A stretch of DNA of 63,840 nucleotides, filler included, from a bacterium (lineage in GTDB: Bacteria; JALSQH01), in NCBI GenBank assembly GCA_026985515.1. It is 7 parts of 7 records of this genome, joined end to end, with 100 filler letters (N's around TTAATTAATTAA, not from the genome) between each part and the next. Parts side by side here need not be neighbours in the genome. Positions count along the whole stretch, not along the records: positions 1 to 21,685 come from JALSQH010000001.1; 6 more parts are not named here. The stretch is one strand, 5' to 3'. Shown piece by piece: positions 1-10,658 of the stretch. The notes under the pieces were generated by a model, which saw nothing but the letters and a program-made list of their open reading frames with translations, did no database searches and was not told the DNA's origin. A program made the translations under genes and the position numbers. Each line of letters starts with the position of its first letter. The first letter of the stretch is position 1.

Positions 1-3000
1 AGTGATGGAGATAATATACCCGATTATTTGGACCTTGACAGTGATGGAGACACGATTTCTGATCATGATGAGGGTTATTCAGATCCAGACAGTGATGAAG
101 TAGCCAGTTTCCGTGATATTGACAGTGACAATGATTCAATTCCAGATAGTGTAGAGGCGGGGGATTCAGATATCAATACACCACCTGTGGATAGTGATGG
201 TGATGGCACTCCTGATTTCATTGATAGTGATGATGATGGTGACAATATTTCCACCTATCTGGAGAATAACACGGATATAAATAATGATTCTGTGGCAGAC
301 AGAGATGTGGATAATGACGGGATACCCAACTATCTTGATTCAGATAGTGATGGAGATGGAAAGAGTGATCTTATTGAGGGGACTGGAGATGTTGATGGGG
401 ATGGAGTACCCAACTACCTTGATGCCAATGATCAGGATGGACCACTTGCAGATCCAGATGGTGACGGTTTGACAAATTCACAGGAAGATTATTATGGCAC
501 AGATAGGTACAATCCCGACACAGATGGGGATGGGCTGAGTGACTATGTGGAGGCCATCACAACCGGAACATCCCCACTTCTCAGGGACACAGATGGTGAC
601 ACAATTGATGATAAGACAGAGGTGGGAGATGATTACAATCATCCACTGAACAGTGACGCAGTTTCCGGGGATTGTGGTGAGGAAAATGATAATGTGATAG
701 ATGCCCTTGATACCGATTCAGATGGAGATGGAATAGAGGACATTGTGGAAGTTAAGTATGGGAAAGCAGCCACTCCACCAGTGGACAGTGACGGAGATGG
801 GATACCTGATTACAGAGATAGAGACAGCGACAATGATGGAATATGCGACTATGTGGAGGCAAGAGATGAAGATGGAAAATTGATTAAAGACAGCAATGGC
901 CTGACTGTTCCCTATGATTATGATCAGGATGGTATTCCAGATTACCTTGACAATGATACAGATAATGGTGGTGTCCCTGATTATATGGAAGTGATAAATG
1001 GAACAAACTGGAGAGATCCCACTGATGATAAAAGTGGTGTGGTTGATTCTGATGGGGACAATCTGCCAGATTCTTATGAGGTGGAAAATGGGCTCAATCC
1101 CCACAATCCAGATACTGATGGAGATGGCATAAGGGATGACCTTGATGACCTTGATGGTGATGGATTCAACAACTATGGTGAATATTACTTCGGAACTTCA
1201 ATAACTTCACCCGATAGCGATGGTGACAATATAAGCGATGGTTATGAAGTTGATTATGCTTATGTAACTGTTACCAATGCCACATCAATCAGGTTGACTG
1301 ATACAGATGGTGATGGGGTACCGGATGTATTTGATAACGATTCTGATGGTGATGGAATAAGCGATGCTGTGGAATCAGGTGTGAATTCATGGCATCTTTC
1401 CCCAGTGGATAGTGATGGTGATTCTATCCCTGATTTCAGGGACAATGACAGTGACAATGATTTTATTCCAGATAAAGTTGAAGGAGTATCAGATTTTGAT
1501 AATGATGGAAAACCCAATTACATAGACATTGATTCAGATGGTGATTCAGTTACAGATGCGGTGGAGGCGGGAGATAGAGATCTCTCAACACCCCCGGTGG
1601 ATCATGACAATGACGGAAAACCTGATTATCTTGACCCCGATGATGACGATGACGGTATTCCCACCTATATTGAGATAAATACGGTGGTTTACGGCAACCC
1701 CGTTTCTGATCAGGATATTGACGGAGATGGTGTTAAGAACTATCTTGACCTTGATTCAGATGGTGATGGTAAAAGTGATCAGGTAGAAGGTACAGGTGAT
1801 ATTGATGGAGACAGCATTCCAAATTTCCTTGATAAGAATGACAATGACGGACCTCTTGGTGATCTGGATGGAGATCTCCTGAAAAACGGAGAGGAGGAGA
1901 ATATATACCACACTGATCCAGAGAATCCCGATACCGATGGCGATGGTCTCAGTGATTATACTGAGGTTGTAACGACTGAAACAGACCCGCTCAAAAGAGA
2001 CAGTGACGCTGATTACATTGATGACAGAACTGAGGTGGGCAGTGACATTGAGCATCCTCTCAACACAGATTCCTCCTACTCCGGTCCGTGCACCCATGAT
2101 AGCGACAATAAAATAGATGCCCTTGATAGTGACTCAGATGGAGATAGTATCCTGGATAAAATAGAGGTGAAATATGGAAGGGCAGCCACACCTCCTGTGG
2201 ATTCAGATGGAGATGGAATACCAGATTACCGCGATGCTGACAGCGATAATGATGGTTACTGCGATTATGTGGAGGCGCGCCCCTTTGATGGTGTTAAACC
2301 TGCGGACACAGATGGAGATGGTATCCCCGATTATCTTGACAACGACACAGATAATGGTGGATTGCCTGATTCAGTTGAAAAAATACTGGGTAAGAACTGG
2401 CGTGACCCTTCAGATGATTCTCTATCTCCTTCAGAGGACAGTGACGGAGATAACCTGCCGGATGTCTATGAAGAGGAAGTTGGACTTGATCCTCACAATC
2501 CCGACACAGATGGTAATGGAATAAGGGATGACCTTGACGATATGGATGGAGATGGATTTAACAATTATGGAGAGTATTATTTCGGCACTGATATAAACAA
2601 TCCAGATACTGATGGTGATCATATCAAGGATGGAGAGGAGGTTGATTACTACACAGTTACAGTTACCAATGCCACATCAGTAAAACTTCCAGATACAGAT
2701 AAAGATGGGATCCCGGATGTTTTTGATAATGACAGTGATGGAGACACAATCCCTGACTCAATTGAGGAGGGAGACCACAACTACTTTACCACTCCATACG
2801 ACACTGACGGCGATGGGACGCCTGATTACAGGGATCTGGATTCTGACAATGATGGAAAACCCGATGAAATAGAGGGAACCGGGGATGTAGATGGTGATGG
2901 AATTCCCAATTTCCGTGACCCGGATGATTCTGATGGACCACTGGGTGATCCCGACCATGATGGGTTGTTAAATTATCAGGAAGCAGAGATTGGAACCAAT

Positions 3001-6000
3001 CCATACAATCCCGACACAGATGGTGATTATATTGATGATTACACCGAAGTTTCAAATATAGATTCTCCTCTTGATACGGATCATGATGGAGTAATAGATG
3101 CCCTTGACGCTGATAGTGATGGAGACGGAATACCTGATTCTGTGGAGGCCGGAGACAGAGATCTCTCAACTCCTCCTGTGGATACAGATGGAGATGGCAT
3201 TCCAGATTTCAGGGATCTTGACAGCGACGCAGATTTTATTCCGGATAAGGTTGAAGGATATGCAGATCCAGATTCAGACGGCATACCCAATTACATGGAC
3301 AGTGATTCAGATGGAGACTCCATCCCTGACATTGTGGAAGCAGGTGATAATGATCCCTCAACACCGCCGATCGATCATGATTTTGATGATATACCTGATT
3401 ACATTGACCCCGATGATGATAATGATGGTATTCTCACCTATACTGAGATGAATACGGATATAGATGGAAATGGAGTGGCGGACACTGATGTTGATGGAGA
3501 TGGGATTCCAAATTACATTGACCTTGATTCAGATGGGGATCACAAAGCTGATTATGAGGAAGGTACAGGGGATATTGATGGAGATGGTATTCCCAACTAC
3601 CTTGACTCAAACGACAGAGATGGACCCCTTGGAGATCTTGATGGAGATGGCCTGACCAATGCCTGTGAAGATTCTCTGGGACTTGATAAGACCAATCCCG
3701 ACACAGATGGGGATCACATTTCTGATGGGTATGAGGTGAGGGCGACTGATTGCACCGCCATTGATACTGATAATGATGGAAAGATAGACGCCCTTGACAG
3801 TGATTCAGATAATGATGGCATAAGTGATCTTGATGAATCTGGATCCAGAGTTGTAACAGATTCACCAGTTGATACTGATGGTGATGGAATTCCAGATTTC
3901 AGAGATCTTGATAGTGATAATGATTGTATTTACGATTCCCTTGAAGCGGGAGATGGTGACCTCTCAACACCGCCTGTGGATCACGATGGAGATGGAAAGC
4001 CTGATTACATAGACGGTGATTCTGACAACGATCTCTATTCAGATTTTACCGAGGCTTTTCCCTCCGGAACGAGCATCTGTACCAGCCCGATTTCAAATGC
4101 TTCTCAACTGCAGGATACTGATGGAGATGGAATACCAGATATGCTTGACAGTGACACTGACAATGGTGGAGACACGGATCTCTACGAACATCTCCATGGT
4201 ACCGACTGGCGAGACCCATCAGATGATTCCGGTCAGGATCCCGATCATGATGGACTCTCAAATTCCCAGGAGGCTATACTGGGAACTGATCCCAATAACC
4301 CTGATACCGATGGGGATGGTTTGCTGGACGGAGTTGAGGTTTATATCGTATGTTACAGAGGAAATGATGGTCAGAAACACTGCACTGACCCAACCAACCC
4401 GGATACAGATGGGGACACCATCCCCGACGGAATAGAAGCAGGAGCTGACTATACACATCCTCTTAATTCTGATGCCACTTCCTACTGTGGAGAAACGACA
4501 GACTCAATAATTGATGCTCTTGATACGGACAGTGATAATGATGGTATACCTGATGTGACGGAGGTTTCCGTTGTATCTGGCAACGAAGTTATAAATTATG
4601 GTGATAATCCACCTGATCACGACAGTGATGGAATTCCCGATTACAGGGATAAGGACAGCGATAATGATGGTTACTGTGATTATACAGAGGCACGTCCATT
4701 CTACTATGGAAGACCACATGATGAGGATGGTGATGGAATACCCGATTATCTTGACCATGACACTGATAATGGAGGTGTTCCCGATTATCTGGAACTCAAA
4801 CTTGGTACGGACTGGCGTAACCCCTACGATGATAATCCCATTGATTCGGATCATGATGGCTTACCAGATATTTTTGAAGAGCAGTATCCTGGCCTTCTTG
4901 ATCCTTATAATCCTGACACAGATGGAGATGGTATAAAGGATGGAGAGGAAGATTTTGATAATGATGGATTGACTAACTATCAGGAGTACAGGGTGGGAAG
5001 TGATATATTAAATCCAGATAGCGACGGTGATACAATCATGGATGGTGAGGAAGTTGGAAACAACTACCTGAAACCCCTTGATGATGATGGAGATCATATA
5101 CCCAATGTTTTTGATAATGACAGTGACAATGATGGAATACCCGACAGGGTTGAGGCAGGGGATTCTGATCTTGCAACTCCTCCAGTTGATCATGATGGGG
5201 ATGGAAAGGCAGATTACAGAGATCCGGATAGCGATGATCCCTCCAATTCCTCAATACCCGATTCAATTGAGGGAACATCTGACAGTGATTCTGATGGAGC
5301 AGGAAACTGGATAGACCCGGATGACGACGGAGACATGATACCTGATAAGGTGGAGATGGGAGCTGACAGAAATAATCCTGTTGACACCGATGGAGATGGT
5401 ACCCCCGATTACCTTGATCACGATTCTGACAATGATGGAAAGAGTGACCTGATTGAGGGTACAGGTGACATTGATCAGGATGGAATTCCCAATTATATAG
5501 ATGCAAATGACAATGATGGTCCAATGGGAGATCTTGATCACGATTATATTTCCAACCATGATGAGGGGTATGAGGTCAAATATGACAATGATGGAGATGG
5601 TATCCCTGATTATCTTGACAGTGACTCTGACAATGATGGTCTCAGCGACGCAGTGGAGGCTGGAGATAAAAATCTTGCAACACCGCCCATTGACAGTGAC
5701 GGAGATGGGGTTCCAGATTTCAGGGATCCGGACAGCAATAACAATGGAATACCTGATGGCGAGGAAGGCACGAAGGACAGCGACAACGATGGAATTCCCG
5801 ATTACCGGGATCTGACTCCCCAGCCTTCTCAGCCTTCTGGAGCAAATGTTACGAAGGGGAAAAATATCCAGGGTTACAAGTACTTTGGCGGAGGCGGAGC
5901 ATGCAGTTTTATGCCTGGAGATGCCGGAGAAGGTTTTGATCCCGTGCTTGTAATTTTGCTATTCGGGGGAATCTTTGTTATAATAATTAAAAGATTAAAC

Positions 6001-6003
6001 TAA
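1..6003 (+). CDS. Giant Asp-rich Ca2+-binding repeat (thrombospondin type-3-like DxDxDG) surface protein with Cys-containing C-terminal sorting signal; 5'-truncated by window edge
   Basis: Frame is open from base 1, so the TTG at 28 is not a true start. Dozens of DxDxDGxPD(Y/F)xD and [13 protein letters not shown] motifs. Tail is GGGGACS...[22 protein letters not shown] (Gly-Cys, TM helix, basic end). Confidence 0.9.
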   Translation, partial: SDGDNIPDYLDLDSDGDTISDHDEGYSDPDSDEVASFRDIDSDNDSIPDSVEAGDSDINTPPVDSDGDGTPDFIDSDDDGDNISTYLENNTDINNDSVADRDVDNDGIPNYLDSDSDGDGKSDLIEGTGDVDGDGVPNYLDANDQDGPLADPDGDGLTNSQEDYYGTDRYNPDTDGDGLSDYVEAITTGTSPLLRDTDGDTIDDKTEVGDDYNHPLNSDAVSGDCGEENDNVIDALDTDSDGDGIEDIVEVKYGKAATPPVDSDGDGIPDYRDRDSDNDGICDYVEARDEDGKLIKDSNGLTVPYDYDQDGIPDYLDNDTDNGGVPDYMEVINGTNWRDPTDDKSGVVDSDGDNLPDSYEVENGLNPHNPDTDGDGIRDDLDDLDGDGFNNYGEYYFGTSITSPDSDGDNISDGYEVDYAYVTVTNATSIRLTDTDGDGVPDVFDNDSDGDGISDAVESGVNSWHLSPVDSDGDSIPDFRDNDSDNDFIPDKVEGVSDFDNDGKPNYIDIDSDGDSVTDAVEAGDRDLSTPPVDHDNDGKPDYLDPDDDDDGIPTYIEINTVVYGNPVSDQDIDGDGVKNYLDLDSDGDGKSDQVEGTGDIDGDSIPNFLDKNDNDGPLGDLDGDLLKNGEEENIYHTDPENPDTDGDGLSDYTEVVTTETDPLKRDSDADYIDDRTEVGSDIEHPLNTDSSYSGPCTHDSDNKIDALDSDSDGDSILDKIEVKYGRAATPPVDSDGDGIPDYRDADSDNDGYCDYVEARPFDGVKPADTDGDGIPDYLDNDTDNGGLPDSVEKILGKNWRDPSDDSLSPSEDSDGDNLPDVYEEEVGLDPHNPDTDGNGIRDDLDDMDGDGFNNYGEYYFGTDINNPDTDGDHIKDGEEVDYYTVTVTNATSVKLPDTDKDGIPDVFDNDSDGDTIPDSIEEGDHNYFTTPYDTDGDGTPDYRDLDSDNDGKPDEIEGTGDVDGDGIPNFRDPDDSDGPLGDPDHDGLLNYQEAEIGTNPYNPDTDGDYIDDYTEVSNIDSPLDTDHDGVIDALDADSDGDGIPDSVEAGDRDLSTPPVDTDGDGIPDFRDLDSDADFIPDKVEGYADPDSDGIPNYMDSDSDGDSIPDIVEAGDNDPSTPPIDHDFDDIPDYIDPDDDNDGILTYTEMNTDIDGNGVADTDVDGDGIPNYIDLDSDGDHKADYEEGTGDIDGDGIPNYLDSNDRDGPLGDLDGDGLTNACEDSLGLDKTNPDTDGDHISDGYEVRATDCTAIDTDNDGKIDALDSDSDNDGISDLDESGSRVVTDSPVDTDGDGIPDFRDLDSDNDCIYDSLEAGDGDLSTPPVDHDGDGKPDYIDGDSDNDLYSDFTEAFPSGTSICTSPISNASQLQDTDGDGIPDMLDSDTDNGGDTDLYEHLHGTDWRDPSDDSGQDPDHDGLSNSQEAILGTDPNNPDTDGDGLLDGVEVYIVCYRGNDGQKHCTDPTNPDTDGDTIPDGIEAGADYTHPLNSDATSYCGETTDSIIDALDTDSDNDGIPDVTEVSVVSGNEVINYGDNPPDHDSDGIPDYRDKDSDNDGYCDYTEARPFYYGRPHDEDGDGIPDYLDHDTDNGGVPDYLELKLGTDWRNPYDDNPIDSDHDGLPDIFEEQYPGLLDPYNPDTDGDGIKDGEEDFDNDGLTNYQEYRVGSDILNPDSDGDTIMDGEEVGNNYLKPLDDDGDHIPNVFDNDSDNDGIPDRVEAGDSDLATPPVDHDGDGKADYRDPDSDDPSNSSIPDSIEGTSDSDSDGAGNWIDPDDDGDMIPDKVEMGADRNNPVDTDGDGTPDYLDHDSDNDGKSDLIEGTGDIDQDGIPNYIDANDNDGPMGDLDHDYISNHDEGYEVKYDNDGDGIPDYLDSDSDNDGLSDAVEAGDKNLATPPIDSDGDGVPDFRDPDSNNNGIPDGEEGTKDSDNDGIPDYRDLTPQPSQPSGANVTKGKNIQGYKYFGGGGACSFMPGDAGEGFDPVLVILLFGGIFVIIIKRLN

Positions 6004-6025
6004 TTTTAAAAAGGAGGAATGAGTA

Positions 6026-6727
6026 ATGAACAAGAGGGTTTTTCACAAGGTCAGTTATGGGATGTACATAGTGAGTTCTGTTAAGGATGGGAAGTTCAAT
6101 GGGCAGGTGGCAAACACCGTTTTTCAGATAACCTCAGATCCACCCCGAATAGCAATAAGTATAAACAAAGAAAATCTGACACATGAGTTTATTGAGAGCA
6201 GTAAAAGGTTTTCAGTCTCCATTCTTTCAAAGGAAGCTCCGCTCAAACTCATCGGAAAGTTTGGATTCAAGTCTGGCAGAGATATTGATAAATTTAAAGA
6301 TACGAAGTATGAGGTGGTTGATGGTCTCCCTGTTATAACTGAAGGTGTAATTGGTTATCTAATTGCTGAGGTTGAAGAAAAGATGGATGCGGGCACCCAT
6401 ACCGTCTTCCTTGGGAGGGTAATTGATGCTGATATTACCGGTGATGGTGAACCGATGACATACTCCTACTACCATGAAATTAAGGGAGGAAAATCTCCTG
6501 CCAGGGCTCCAACATATGTTGACGAGAAGGAATTGAAAGCCGCGGAGGAGAAAAAGAAACCTGCTATAAAATATGTATGTACGATTTGTGGTTATGTGTA
6601 CGATCCTGAAAAGGGTGACCCTGATGGTGGAATTCCTCCTGGAACTCCCTTTGAAGAGATCCCGGATGACTGGACCTGTCCAGTCTGTGGGGCCAGTAAG
6701 GAGGATTTTGAAGTAGTGGAAGAGTAG
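6026..6727 (+). CDS. Flavin reductase-rubredoxin fusion (high-molecular-weight rubredoxin, Hrb-like)
   Basis: N-terminal flavin reductase-like domain (GTHTVFLG). C-terminal rubredoxin [10 protein letters not shown]...[17 protein letters not shown]. Confidence 0.92.
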   Translation: MNKRVFHKVSYGMYIVSSVKDGKFNGQVANTVFQITSDPPRIAISINKENLTHEFIESSKRFSVSILSKEAPLKLIGKFGFKSGRDIDKFKDTKYEVVDGLPVITEGVIGYLIAEVEEKMDAGTHTVFLGRVIDADITGDGEPMTYSYYHEIKGGKSPARAPTYVDEKELKAAEEKKKPAIKYVCTICGYVYDPEKGDPDGGIPPGTPFEEIPDDWTCPVCGASKEDFEVVEE

Positions 6728-6732
6728 ATAAA

Positions 6733-6766
6733 TGGCTGCGCCACTTCAGGTGCAGCCACCTTTTTC
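6733..6766 (+). terminator. Rho-independent terminator
   Basis: TGGCTGCGCC-ACTTCA-GGTGCAGCCA stem (one G-U) followed by CCTTTTTC, just after the Hrb stop. Confidence 0.75.
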
Positions 6767-6815
6767 TCACCATCGTGGTGAAATTTACCAGTGTCTAAAA
6801 AACCTTATCAATGTC

Positions 6816-6844
6816 TTGCATCTGGTAAACTTCTGTTATATACT
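6816..6844 (+). promoter_or_regulatory. Putative sigma70 promoter
   Basis: TTGCAT-17bp-TATACT upstream of the 6867 ORF. Confidence 0.5.
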
Positions 6845-6866
6845 TTTTCAAACCTGACAGCTGGTA

Positions 6867-7712
6867 ATGAAGAAACTTTGTATCATTCTTTTCCTTCTTA
6901 TTTTACCTGCTCTTTTAACAGGTGAGGATGTTATACTTTTCCTCAACAGTATTGATCCAGAAGCGTCTATATTTTCAAAGGAATCTATTTTAACTTTTGA
7001 TCACTTTGGAAATGATCAGTGGATCTGCTCTATTATTGGTAAACTCAACCAGATAATTTCAAATCATCCCTACCTGAGACAGGCGTATAGAATAAGAAAC
7101 TATTTCGTTCAGGCAATGGTCCAGAACGCCATTTCCCAGGGTGAAAAAGTTTACTGGAGTAAGATAGGATTGAAATATGTTAATCAGGCAAGGAAAAGAT
7201 TCCCTGAGGACAATGTCTTCAAGTTCTGGAGTCTCCTGTTTTATTCAGAAGCAAATTTTTACCTGAATTCTCGAATATTTACCACTCTTGCTCCCAGAAT
7301 CATTGCGTTTACGGAAAGAATTGTGAAAAAAGATCCACTCTGTTGTAAAGGTATACCCCTTCTTTTTCTCGGTTCTCTTTACCTCAAGTTACCTTCTTTT
7401 CCCATCTCGGTAGGTGATAAAAAGAAGTCTGAGGCTTATCTGAAAAAGTGTATTCATTTTTTTCCTCAATTGAATCTTGCTCATTTAAGATTGGCGGAAC
7501 TCTACTATTCAGAGGGAAAGATTGATAAGGCTCTGAAAGAGATCGAGCGAGCAAGGAAAGTGGAGCCCGGAAATTTTATTGAATATTACGATTATCTTCT
7601 CTACAGGGATGGCATTGATAAATTTGAATATGCCATCCGCACTGGTATGTGGAAGGATTCCATGGATCTCATGTTGATGCTCCGGAAATGGTCTCTGGAG
7701 AGAAATAGGTAA
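6867..7712 (+). CDS. Exported TPR protein, TatT/BstC-like
   Basis: Signal peptide MKKLCIILFLLILPALLTG. Motif LGSLYLKLPSFPISVGDKKKSEAYLKK followed by TPR helices (HLRLAELYYSEGKIDKALKEIERA). Confidence 0.65.
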   Translation: MKKLCIILFLLILPALLTGEDVILFLNSIDPEASIFSKESILTFDHFGNDQWICSIIGKLNQIISNHPYLRQAYRIRNYFVQAMVQNAISQGEKVYWSKIGLKYVNQARKRFPEDNVFKFWSLLFYSEANFYLNSRIFTTLAPRIIAFTERIVKKDPLCCKGIPLLFLGSLYLKLPSFPISVGDKKKSEAYLKKCIHFFPQLNLAHLRLAELYYSEGKIDKALKEIERARKVEPGNFIEYYDYLLYRDGIDKFEYAIRTGMWKDSMDLMLMLRKWSLERNR

Positions 7713-7736
7713 ATCTGGAGAGCTTCAGTTTTTTTC

Positions 7737-7782
7737 TTGACATCTGTTCAATTTCTGATATACTGACTGACTGGTCAGTCAG
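7737..7782 (+). promoter_or_regulatory. sigma70 promoter with overlapping TetR operator
   Basis: TTGACA(7737)-16bp-TATACT(7759) with TGn extension. Perfect inverted repeat CTGACTGAC-TG-GTCAGTCAG at 7763-7782. Confidence 0.8.
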
Positions 7783-7790
7783 GAGAAGCC

Positions 7791-8378
7791 ATGGATAAGA
7801 GAGAACTTATTGCAGAGGCGGTAAGGGAATTGATAATTGAGAAAAAGAATTCAGCATTCTCTGTTGAGGAGATTGCAAAAAAGGCAGGTATAGGGAAAGG
7901 AACGGTTTATCTATACTTTGAGAACAAGCAGCAGATCATAACATTTACAATTTTCTACTATCTTGAGAAATTTGTTGACTCTATTGAAGAGAGTGTTAAA
8001 AGGGGAGAAAACCCGGTTGAAAAGCTTGAGCTTCTCATAAGGTCCTACATGGAGAATGTAAGGGGTGTATCCACTTTCTGGGAGATCCTTTTTGAGTCCG
8101 TTTCAACGAGGGATCTGAAGGAGGAAAAGGATAGATTTCAAAAGATCAGAAAGAGAATTCTTGGAATAATACATTCAATTATCCAGGAAGGAGTGGATAC
8201 GGGGTTTTTCAGAAAGTTTACAGATATGGAAAAAATCTCATGGATCATCTTTATGCTGCTCAGGGGAATGGGATTTTATGTTTCTCTTACAAAATCGGAT
8301 GAAGAAGAGATTGAGGAAATGTTAAGAGAGGTTAAGGAGGTGCTCCTTTATGGAATATATAATGACTCTGTTGCTTAA
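7791..8378 (+). CDS. TetR/AcrR family transcriptional regulator
   Basis: HTH motif SVEEIAKKAGIGKGTVYLYFENK. Confidence 0.95.
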   Translation: MDKRELIAEAVRELIIEKKNSAFSVEEIAKKAGIGKGTVYLYFENKQQIITFTIFYYLEKFVDSIEESVKRGENPVEKLELLIRSYMENVRGVSTFWEILFESVSTRDLKEEKDRFQKIRKRILGIIHSIIQEGVDTGFFRKFTDMEKISWIIFMLLRGMGFYVSLTKSDEEEIEEMLREVKEVLLYGIYNDSVA

Positions 8379-9666
8379 CTTTATGATTGCAGTAACATCA
8401 ACGGTAAATTCATCTTCTACATTGTGGCAAACCATAAATCTTGCATGGGAACACAGTGAAGAGGTGAAAAGTGCGGTTCTGAACTATGAAAAGAGTAAAC
8501 TGGAGGTAGATGAGTACTGGGGTACATTTGCGCCCAAAATAACAGGGTACTGGAATTACCAGAGGAATCCCGAAGTTAAAGTAACATTTTCTCCCCACAT
8601 ACCTCAAGAACTGCAGGCATTGCTTGGGAATTCTTACAAACCTGAATCAGTTGTGGTGCGTCCTTCAGAAAATTATGAAATGGGTTTGAAATTGATGCAG
8701 AAGATCTTTGATCCATCAATGATTCCTGGATTGAAAATAACAAACCTTTACAGGGAAATGGCTGAACTGGGGCTTCAAAAGACAAAGGAAATGGTTGCAT
8801 ACCTGACGACAAACCTCTATTTGCAGCTTCTCTTTCTCACGAAGCAAAAGGATGTTCTATTAAAGGAAGACAGTGAACTGGAAATTGAGAAGAAAAAGAC
8901 TGAGGATGAAATTTCCCTTGGTCTGCAACCTGAATGGAGCAAGCTGAGAATAGATATCGAGATTCAGCGTCACAAAAAGTCTCTCATGGAAGTTGAAACC
9001 ATGATCAGGTATGTATCATCCGAACTGGAAAGATTAACTGGAAGGAAAATTTTTCCTGCTGAACCTCCTGTACCTTCTTCCCTCAATAAAAGTGCTTTTT
9101 CTACCGATGAATCTGTGGATCTGAAAATCACATCTCTTCAGAAAGAGTTATCTCATCAGATGTGGAAGGTTCAGGTGGGTAGATTGTTTCCTAGGATAAA
9201 TTTTATGTGGAATTATTCCTATCAGAAGAACCCGGGAAATTTTGGAAAAAAGGAGAACTGGATGGTTATGCTTCAGCTGACATGGACCATCTTCAGCGGC
9301 TTATCTCGATACTACGAAATAAGGGAAAGTTCAATTGATGAAGAAATTGCCGGTCTTGATCTGACGAAGAGAAAAAAAGAGGCAGAGATTAAGCTAAAGA
9401 GGGCAATTGATGAATTTTTTCAGCAGAAGAAACTCCTTGAGGTTTCCCGGAGGACTTTTGATCTTGCCAGAAAGAACTTCTCCCTTGTAGAGGAAAATTA
9501 CAAAAATGGAAAGGCAGATGTAATCACATATATTGATGCAAGAAATAATCTGCTGAAAGCAAAACTCTCTCTTATCTGGAACAGGTATCAGCTTTTATTA
9601 AAACGAATGAATGTTTACATACTTTCAGGAAAACTTGAACAATTCATGGAGGAAATAAGGCAATGA
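8350..9666 (+). CDS. TolC family outer-membrane efflux protein
   Basis: Two OEP-like repeats, C-terminal YKNGKADVITYIDA motif, AAGGAGGTG RBS, position before MFP and RND genes. Confidence 0.85.
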   Translation: MEYIMTLLLNFMIAVTSTVNSSSTLWQTINLAWEHSEEVKSAVLNYEKSKLEVDEYWGTFAPKITGYWNYQRNPEVKVTFSPHIPQELQALLGNSYKPESVVVRPSENYEMGLKLMQKIFDPSMIPGLKITNLYREMAELGLQKTKEMVAYLTTNLYLQLLFLTKQKDVLLKEDSELEIEKKKTEDEISLGLQPEWSKLRIDIEIQRHKKSLMEVETMIRYVSSELERLTGRKIFPAEPPVPSSLNKSAFSTDESVDLKITSLQKELSHQMWKVQVGRLFPRINFMWNYSYQKNPGNFGKKENWMVMLQLTWTIFSGLSRYYEIRESSIDEEIAGLDLTKRKKEAEIKLKRAIDEFFQQKKLLEVSRRTFDLARKNFSLVEENYKNGKADVITYIDARNNLLKAKLSLIWNRYQLLLKRMNVYILSGKLEQFMEEIRQ

Positions 9667-10658
9667 AGAGAACAGGAATCCTTTTGTTAGTGTTTACAAT
9701 AGCATTTGCAGGGTGCGGGAAGAGGGAGTTCAGAACTGCTGTAAAACCTGTTCCCGTAGAGGTTGAAAGGGTAAGAGTTGAGGGGTACACCATTACAAGG
9801 CCTGTTCCCGGATATGCAAAGGCTAAAGAGATCATTTTAAAATCCAGAGGTGGGGGAAAGGTTGAAAAGATTTTCAGGAAGGAAGGTGATTTTGTAAAGA
9901 AGGGAGATAAAATTGCAGAAATTGGTACTTCTATTTTTGCGTCTCAGCTAAAAATAGCAGAAGTTCAGTTAAAGAATGCAAGGGATGAGTTTGAGAGAGC
10001 GGACAGGCTTTACAAAAAGTCTCTTATTTCAAAGAGTCAGTGGGAAAAGGTGCAGGCTGCATTCATCTCGGCACAGGAGAGGTACTCTATCGCAAAGGTC
10101 AATTACCAGCTCTCCATTCTCACGGCACCTTTGGATGGATATCTGGAGGATTTTGAACTTAAAACTGGTGATATTGTAACTCCCGGTTATCCACTGGGGA
10201 AAGTTGTTGGCAGGTATGTAACTGAGGTGGATGCATTCCTTCCGGGAGAAAAATTTGAAGTGTCAGAGGGAGATGAGCTTGAGTTTACCGATGGGAAAGG
10301 AAAGTATATGGGAAAAGTAGCCTATATTTCAAGGGGTTATGTGGTAAGCGGTAATTTCAGAAAACTGATTCTCAGAACACCCCCACTTGATATTGTTGAT
10401 GGTTCACCTGTTACGGTGATGGTTCCAATAGTTAAGAACAAAAGAGGAATTCTTGTCCCCCTTGATGCTGTTAAATTTACCAGAGAGGGGAAATCCGTGT
10501 TCGTTGTTAAAGATGGAAAGGCTTATGAAGTACCGGTAAAAACTGGATCCATAGTTGATGAAAAAATAGAAATTCTTTCAGGTTTGAGAGAGGGGGATAA
10601 TCTTGTTGTTTCAGGTCAGCAGTATCTTAAAACAGGTATGAGGGTGGTTGTGAAATGA
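9663..10658 (+). CDS. RND efflux periplasmic adaptor (MFP), lipoprotein
   Basis: Lipobox FAGC. Lipoyl-like half motifs (GDFVKKGDKIA; ILTAPLDG). C-terminal GLREGDNLVVSGQ. Confidence 0.93.
   Translation: MKRTGILLLVFTIAFAGCGKREFRTAVKPVPVEVERVRVEGYTITRPVPGYAKAKEIILKSRGGGKVEKIFRKEGDFVKKGDKIAEIGTSIFASQLKIAEVQLKNARDEFERADRLYKKSLISKSQWEKVQAAFISAQERYSIAKVNYQLSILTAPLDGYLEDFELKTGDIVTPGYPLGKVVGRYVTEVDAFLPGEKFEVSEGDELEFTDGKGKYMGKVAYISRGYVVSGNFRKLILRTPPLDIVDGSPVTVMVPIVKNKRGILVPLDAVKFTREGKSVFVVKDGKAYEVPVKTGSIVDEKIEILSGLREGDNLVVSGQQYLKTGMRVVVK

Noticed and set aside
1-5815. Dense GATGGAGATGG/GACAGTGAT repeats as a CRISPR array or DNA satellite
   Set aside because: They are in-frame codons for DxDxDG motifs with synonymous variation; there is no constant repeat-spacer period and no cas gene.
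284-5815. Many alternative-frame and antisense ORFs inside the giant gene
   Set aside because: By-products of GAT/GAC codon repetition (Met/Ile/Ser-rich shadows) with no RBS or family motifs.
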